The notes under the pieces are model-generated. The model did not search any database and was not told the DNA's origin. It saw only the letters and a program-made list of their open reading frames with translations. Below, in pieces: positions 56,134-64,000 of a stretch of 64,000 nucleotides of DNA. Every line of letters starts with the position of its first letter. The stretch's first letter is position 1. This stretch comes from Octopus vulgaris. Taxonomy: Eukaryota. The stretch covers positions 78,368,001-78,432,000 of the forward strand of contig OX597831.1 in assembly GCA_951406725.2 (NCBI GenBank), given 5' to 3'. The position numbers and the translations under genes were made by a program.

Positions 56134-56161
56134 TATTATCATTATTATTATTATTATTATT

Positions 56162-57561
56162 GTCATTTACTTTTAATCTGCATGTTTGATGCAATCACCT
56201 GCCGGGGCACACCCAGCGCCCTAGGGCAAGTGAAGGTTAAGAGTTGTTGAAATATAGCTGAAAGCTTGGGGAGGGGAAGTAGAGAAATATCTCCATGTAA
56301 TACAAACACAAACATTTACATTGATAGGGTTTTTCTAAGGATGTGGGCAGTACTTGTTAGCACAATCTTTTGGATTTCCTTGAGACATGGTTTTCCAGGG
56401 ATATTGTCTAGGTGTTTCTGACATCCCTTTTTTATCATACCTAGGGCACCTACAATAACAGGAACAGTTTTTGTTTTAAGATTCCACATCCTCTGTATTT
56501 CGATTTCCAGGTCCTTATATTTACTAAGTTTGTCAAATTCCTTGACAGATACATTTTTATCAGTGGGGACGCTTACTTCTATTAGTCTGCAGGTATTTTC
56601 TTCCCTGTCTTTAACAATTATGTCTGGTCGATTAGCCTTGATCGTTCTGTCAGTGTTGACTGGAAAATCCCAGAGGATGGTGACATCTTTACCTTCAACA
56701 ACTGGCTGAGGATGGTGTTCATACCAGTTAGCAGGAGTGTCGGATTTGTAGTGTTTACATATCTTCCAATGTATATACTGTCCTACCCTATCGTGGCGAT
56801 TTTTGTATTCGTTTGGTGTCAGCACAGGACATCCCGAAACGAGATGGTCTATTGTTTCGTCAAATGTGTCACAGAATCTGCATTTAGGGTCAGTACCGTT
56901 TCGGAGAACGTTAGCCTGGTAATTTCTGGTAAACAAGCTTTGATCTTGTGCTGCCATTATGAAGCCTTCAGTCTCTGCTTTCAATCCAGAACTCTTCAGC
57001 CACTGATGGGTTGTTGCTTGGTCTACATCAGCATTTTGGCTTCGGAGAATGTATTGTCCATGCAGGGGCTTCTGGCTCCACCGCCTCTCAATTTGATTCT
57101 GCCCATTCTTTTTTGCAGTCTGCCTGATTCGCTTTGCTTGCTTGGTAGCAGTGGTTTCTGGCTCTTCACCTGATTCAAGGTTAATGCCTAGTTCCCTTTC
57201 GAACTTATAAGCTTCCTTGACAATAGAATGCAGCTTTTTGCTGCTTTCGTGTTCACACACAAGTCGCAGCATCCAGTCGTTTGTACTAGATAGGTACCTG
57301 TTCATTCCTACAGTAGAGGTCTTATAGCACAGCTCCAATTGCATCATTCCTCTCCCCCCGCTGCTTCTAGGTAGGTACAAGCGGTCTACATCTGCCTTAG
57401 GGTGGTGCATGCTCCTGGATGTCAGTAACTTTCTTGTCTTCCTGTCCAAGCGTTGGAGTTCCGTAAGGTTCCAGTTAATGATGTTAAAACTGTACTGGAC
57501 TACTGGAAGTGCCAGGGTGTTAATGGCCTCAATGCAATTTTTGGAGTTGAGTTCAGTTGAG

Positions 57562-57562
<1 letters not shown>
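56162..57562 (-). mobile_element. R4/Dong-clade non-LTR retrotransposon, 5'-truncated; RT thumb, CCHC and restriction-like endonuclease intact
   Basis: Uninterrupted ORF to 56316: HHPKADVDRLYLPRSSGGRGM, CRFC..ETIDHLVSGC, RHD, RPDII, EVSVP, KLSKYKDL. Both junctions lie in (TAA)n. Confidence 0.95.
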
Positions 57563-57599
<37 letters not shown>

Positions 57600-58220
57600 C
57601 ATTATTATTATTATTATAAACACTATAAATTTCTAAAACAGTGGAAGGAAGTTTATGTTTATAGAAGATTAAAAGTTTAACGTTTTGAGTAGAAATCTTA
57701 ATCGAAGGAAATAAAAACAACGTTATAAAGTAATTCTGTTGTATTTTAGGACAAAAAGTGGGGCTAATGCAGATTCGCACCTCTTCTTGAAAAATGTAAA
57801 GCCTCCATGCCACCAATTTTAATTTTTGATTTTGTTTACTTGAAAGGGATTGTAGCGAATTGATGAGCATATGCAAATCGAAATTAAATCCAGACAAAAA
57901 CATGAAAGTGAAGAGAATTTGCGTTTTGTGTAAATAAGAATCTAAGGTAAATTAAATTCACCATTTTATGAGAAACAAACATTAATTCTTAATGATTAAT
58001 GTTATAAACTTTAATAAGGGGCCTAAATTTCACCCCTTCCCTTAATTTTAAATTTTGAACTTTTTCATCCATTTATTTATTTATCTGCCTATTTATCTCT
58101 GTCCGTTTATTCATAAAATATATTTGTCAACTGAATGTGGCGGTCCTCTAGAAGACGGTGTTACTGTTGTCTTTAGCCCCAGGAAGACATTCATATCTCT
58201 CTATCTATCTATCTATCTAC

Positions 58221-58283
<63 letters not shown>

Positions 58284-58284
58284 C

Positions 58285-58330
<46 letters not shown>

Positions 58331-58372
58331 GTCTATCTGTCTATCTATCTACCTACCTATCTATCTACCTAC

Positions 58373-58460
<88 letters not shown>

Positions 58461-59131
58461 TTGCTTATTGAATTTAAAATTTTGAAAACGTGGTTTCTTG
58501 CATATTCGGAATCTCCGTCATCTAAAACATAAGGGGAAAAAATTTCGAAAAGGTTCAGAATATGGGAGAAAGGGGGATTATTATTTTTTTTTTGCGAGTG
58601 GCCGTGTAGTAAGTTGCTTGTTTACCAACCACGTTGTTCCGGGTTCAGTCCAACTGCGTGGAACCTTGGGCAAGTGTCTTCTACTATAGCTTCGGGCCGA
58701 CCAAAGCCTTGCGAGTGGATTTGGTTGACAGAAACTGAAAGAAGCCCGTCGTATATATGTGTATATATATGTGTGTGTGTGTGTATATGTTTGTCCCCCC
58801 AACATCGCTTGACTGCCGATGATGGTGTGTTTACGCCCCCGTAACTTAGCGGTTCGGCAAAAGAAGTCACCGACAGAATAAGTACTAGGCTTACAAAGAA
58901 TAAGTCCCGGGGTCGATTTGCTCGACTAAAGGCGGTGCTCCAAAATGGCCGCAGTCAAATGACTGGAAAAAGTAAAAGAGTAAAAGAGTAAAAGAGCAAC
59001 ATTCGTAATCTCCGACATCTTAAACGTAGGAATCTGAAATTTTTTTTTTTCAAAACACTGCATTTTTCAAGGAGGGGTGCAAAACTGCACTAGCCCCCAA
59101 AAAGTTTCTCGTCGGCTAAAATTTTCCTGAT

Positions 59132-59500
59132 ATCTCTATATATATAAACGTCAAAATGTCTGTGTGTGTGTATGTGTGTGTATCCTTTATACAAATCCAC
59201 ATTTTTTCAGTTAGAGGGCTCGCACTTTCTATGGTCATTCAAAACCGTCCAAGGGTGGTCGTGCACAATTTTACATTTCCCCAGTCACCCCACAAAGCCA
59301 TTAAAAAATCAATAGAAGTGACTTTTTTGTGAATTTTCTATCCAAAACCCAATCAAAATGCCCGGAACTTGATACGCCAATTGAATGCCAGCTAGCTGTA
59401 TGTGATTGGTCGGAGATTTGGACAGTACTCGCGTGTATGTGCGCACGCACGCAGCTGTATTTGCATGCACTAGCACTATGACCCGGCGTTGCCGCGTCAT
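59132..59500 (+). mobile_element. Probable Helitron-like 5' region
   Basis: TCtctatatatataaacg + (tg)n start, as in the other Helitron-like elements here; the 3' end was not found. Confidence 0.35.
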
Positions 59501-60032
59501 AGAGTTAGTACGTAATATTTTTCTAAAGATGACATATTGTTTGGTGCACCTGAAGCATTACAAAACCCTGCAATCGCTTAATCTTTAAATTTTGTCAGTG
59601 TGGTCCAGATAGGATCTTGAAAGCCTGAGCAATGATTTATTCTGTTACATACAAATGTATTGTGATAATGTGAACATGCGAATAACGTTTTGTACAGTTT
59701 TCTCCTTTTCTTGTTTTATCTTTATTGAGATACCTGAATAATGACAATACCGCCGACAAATATACAAGTATTTCCTTTATTGCTTTTATGGGATCCAGCC
59801 CAAAGGTTGTGGCCTTACTGGAGCAACGTCGTCGATATATAAAACCTGAAGTCTTAGATTTCAGCTATTTTGATTTCAATTGATATTGTTTAGTGAGACT
59901 GTTTAGGTTGAAGACATCACTTTTTTCTTTCCTTTTACGAATGAACAAATTTATTTGTTGTGTGTGTGTATATTTGTTCTTCTATATATACATATATATA
60001 TACACGCATACATACATATATGTGTATATATG

Positions 60033-60063
<31 letters not shown>

Positions 60064-60082
60064 ATGTATGTGTGTATGTATG

Positions 60083-60128
<46 letters not shown>

Positions 60129-60473
60129 AATATACATCTTTCGAAGTACATTCATACCTATAGTCTATAACACGCACATATATATGCGAATGTATGTATA
60201 TGTATACATACATATATATATATTATATATGTATGTATATATATATATGTATATATGTTTGTGTATGTGTTTGTGTGTCTGTGTTTGTCCCCCTAGCATT
60301 GCTGGAGTGTTTACGTCCCCGTCACCTAGCGGTTCGGCAAAAGAGACCGATAGAATAAGTACTGGGCTTACAAAGAAATAAGTCCCGGGGTCGATTTGCT
60401 CGACTAAAGGCGGTGCTCCAGCATGGCCGCAGTCAAATGACTGAAACAAGTAAAAGAGTAAAAGAGTGAAGAG

Positions 60474-60505
<32 letters not shown>

Positions 60506-61153
60506 TATACATATATACACACACACGTTTTGTCTCACTAGACATATATATATCTACCTCGTTCTCTCTCTCTCTCTCTCTCTCATTCTCCTTACTTCTA
60601 TCTATCCATCTGTCTCCAGATCTGAAAGATTGCAGAAACTTTTTTAAAAAAAACGGAAAATAAGACACAAAATAAAAAAGAAAAGAAAAACAGTGTCGAC
60701 GCTTCACATATCATAAAATCGGTGGAGCGTTTGTGTTACGACGAAGGTTACGTGACTGTGAGAGATTATGCGAGATGTTGTATGGAATAAGGGGGGGGGG
60801 AGAGGTTGTATGTGATCGGATGAGAGAGAGAGAGAGAGAGAGTGGAAAGGGAGGTTAGTTGGGAGAGAGAGAGAGACTGAAATAACAATGCAAATGATAA
60901 AGAAGTGAGATGAAGAGAGAGGCTTGAGACATGGAGATAGAATTGTAAATAGGGAAACAGAGAAAGCAACTGTGAAAGACGGGAGGGAGGGAGTGAGGGA
61001 GGGATGGAGGAGAGAAAGAAAGAGAGAAAGAAAGAGAGAAATGAAGATAGGAACAAAGAAAGAAAGAAAGAAAGAAAGAAAGGACGGATCGAAGTATGAC
61101 CGAAGGAAGGAAAGAAAGGAAAAAAGAAGGAAACAAAGAAAGAAACAAAAATA

Positions 61154-61213
<60 letters not shown>

Positions 61214-61339
61214 AGGAAGGATAGAAGTATGACCGCAGTAATGGTTCCCGTGTGAAAAACAACGCCTTAAATTTCCCCACAGAGAAATAGAGCAGAAGCC
61301 GAAGTAGTGGTCTGCATCCATCTCTACTGTTTCTCTTCT

Positions 61340-61890
61340 TTAGAGTGTGATAACGAACAACAATATAGCTGAATCGGGAGAGCATCGGACAGCAAGGAAC
61401 ATTAGTGCTATATACGGTAACTCCTGTGTTCATCTGGTAGTTCGTTTTAAGACCAATTGTTTAAAGACAGACGCTGCCATACGCGCCAGACACTTCAACG
61501 ACAGAGTCCTACATGCAGTCTCCTACGCAAGTGAGAGACGGTCTGCTACGAAGAGGACAGGACATCGATTGACTACGATGCAAGAGGGCCATAGGAAGAC
61601 CCATGCCAGGAACATCATTACCGAAGAATATTCGGAATGAGATAATTGGAGAACGGACCGGAGTGGACGATGTGATCGCAGAATACTGAAAGCACATGGT
61701 TCTGCTGGTCTGGAGATGTTACAAAGCTCACAGAAAAGCAGACGGTTCCGTGTAATTGCCGAGTCGCATCCAGGTGATCAGAAAAGGCAACTTAGAAGGT
61801 TTCCAAGACGATTTGGGTCCAAACGAGAAAGAATGGCGCAATTAAGAGAGAATTGGAAGCGCATTGTGACTAGCAATGTAAAATAGTATC
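61340..61890 (+). pseudogene. Decayed RTE-type LINE 3' fragment
   Basis: RHFNDRVLHAVSYASE resembles LF.S.VLP.L.YASETW; remnants of W.GHV and KR..GRP..RW follow. Confidence 0.55.
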
Positions 61891-62156
61891 TGATGACCAA
61901 CTCGATACTGTGATTATATAAATAAATACATATATATATACACACACACACACACATATATACATTTACATACATACATACATACATACAAATATATATA
62001 TGCATGCATGTATGTATGTATGTATGTATGTATGTATATGTATGTAGCGTTTTCAACTCAAATCTATGAAGAGATTTATTTTATCTCGGACGATTCCAAA
62101 CTATTATGTCTGCTAACGGAATTGTATATAGAATGAAGTGGGCTACAGAGATGGCG

Positions 62157-62197
<41 letters not shown>

Positions 62198-62199
62198 CG

Positions 62200-62740
62200 C
62201 ACTCTCAATGTGCCTTGTGTAACGGTTAAGCAAGGGCCAGCATCCGGAACCTCTCGCCCAACGTGGGCATTTCGAGCACATGTTGGTGCTCTGAATCTGG
62301 TGGAATCACCAAGGGATAATTCTCCTCGAATTTCTTCTGGACGGTCGAACCATCGATGCCAACCTCTACTCCGGCAGATGTATGTCATTGTGCGGCAAAA
62401 ATACCTGGCATATGGCTAACAGAAAGCAAGTTCTTTTGCAGCAAGACAAACCAACACCTCTTACCGCTCGAAGACCCCGAATAAACAGCGGGAACTTTTT
62501 GAAATCAAGCTGATGCTACTTACGGAATACAGTCCGGATCTATCTCCCTCGGATTATTCTCTGTTCCGATGCAGAGCTTCCTTCTTGCGCTCGCGGCGCT
62601 TCATCAACTGAAAGGTGGGTGCTTCAGTGAAGGAGTTCTTTGCTCCGAAGGGCAAGAAGCGGTATGAGCATGGGATCAAAGAACTGGCTGGAAGGTGGTT
62701 TCAGACGCTGCAACATGGTGGCCTATACCTTGAATATTTG
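62200..62740 (+). pseudogene. Mariner transposase C-terminal remnant
   Basis: YSPDLSPSDYSLFR (~62528) and GIKELAGRWFQTLQHGGLYLE. Confidence 0.8.
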
Positions 62741-62789
62741 GCTGCTTTTGTTGAAACTTCACAAATGAAGCTAATAAGTCAGCAAAATA

Positions 62790-63190
62790 CTCTTTTCTCC
62801 TGTAGGCAAAAGGCCCGAAATTTGGAGGGAGGGAGCCAGTCGATTAGATCGACACCAGTACGCAACTGGTATTTAATTTATCGAACCCGAAAGGATAAAA
62901 AACAGAGTCGACCTCGGCGGAATTTGAACCCAGAACATAATGGCAGACGAAATACCTATTTCTTTACTACCCACAAGGGGATAAACACAGAGAGGACAAA
63001 CAAGGACAGACAAACGGATTAAGTTGATTATATCGAACCCAGTGCGTAACTGGTACTTATTTAATCGACCTCGAAATGATGAAAGGCAAAATGGACCTCG
63101 GCGAAATTTGAACTCAGAACGTAACGGCAGACGAAATGCCGCCAGGCATTTCGCCCGGCGTGCTAACCATTCTGCCAGCTCGCCGCCTTC
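62790..63190 (-). mobile_element. SINE family B with internal duplication
   Basis: Similar to 10770-11180. Confidence 0.85.
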
Positions 63191-63589
63191 AGTTACCAAA
63201 ATATTGCAAGTCATTTGACTCAACACGGTATTTCATAATTGTTATTTATTTATTTTTTATTTTTTGCTATTTCCAAATATGGATCATTTCAGACATGTCT
63301 GAGATGTCTGCTAGACATACAAACAAACAAGGGAGGTGTTATATGGCAACACATCAACATTAACTATAGATCTGCATCTACAGAATCCAGGTAACAATCA
63401 AATATGGTGATTTTCGACATGGACTTCAACAGGTTTTAAAATTATGTGGAGATAAATGACAAATGGCGAATTATGAAAGCAATACAGCTTCACGATGTTT
63501 CTTTGCATCTTTTGTTGCTTGAGCACAGAATGTTATCAATCAACGCCGACTTTTGTGACATTTACAAATGAACAAATTATAACGTTAAT

Positions 63590-63629
<40 letters not shown>

Positions 63630-63639
63630 TATATGTGGG

Positions 63640-63676
<37 letters not shown>

Positions 63677-63682
63677 ATGTAT

Positions 63683-63714
<32 letters not shown>

Positions 63715-63806
63715 GCATATCCATTATATATACATATATATATATTATTTATACATACATATATTCATATGTATATATATATGTACATACATACATACAT
63801 ACATAA

Positions 63807-63873
<67 letters not shown>

Positions 63874-64000
63874 TATGTATATATACATCAATGACACAAA
63901 AAAGTCAATACACATATGCACACACACATACATATATAAACATTTACATATACACACATTATATATACGCAGCATACATTGCTTAGATTTCCATTCTTTT

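Overview
AT-rich, microsatellite-saturated eukaryotic genomic DNA. The (TA)n/(GATA)n/(TAA)n/(CA)n density and the tRNA-derived SINE families suggest a cephalopod, probably Octopus; this is inferred from repeat content, not from a database search. Almost all ORFs in the supplied track are microsatellite artefacts. The window is intronic or intergenic, with at most one or two weak exon candidates. It holds many decayed TEs: RTE, L1/Tx1, CR1-like and R4/Dong LINEs, Penelope GIY-YIG fragments, mariner (DD34D), a DD41D Tc1/mariner, a Chapaev-like element, Helitron-like elements and several SINE families. The most notable signal is invisible in the ORF track. At least 8 loci (11 motif copies, counting inverted partners) match type I hammerhead ribozymes (stem I - CUGANGA - stem II - GAAA - short, usually palindromic stem III - NUH - stem I'), and they have unrelated stem sequences. 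They occur in short non-coding elements next to (TA)n, often as head-to-head inverted repeats or a perfect palindrome. One lies beside a Penelope endonuclease ORF and one apparently sits downstream of a tRNA-derived Pol III head. This looks like a diverse set of Penelope-dependent, ribozyme-carrying non-autonomous retroelements (retrozyme-like), possibly including a hammerhead-bearing tRNA SINE. No activity is demonstrated.
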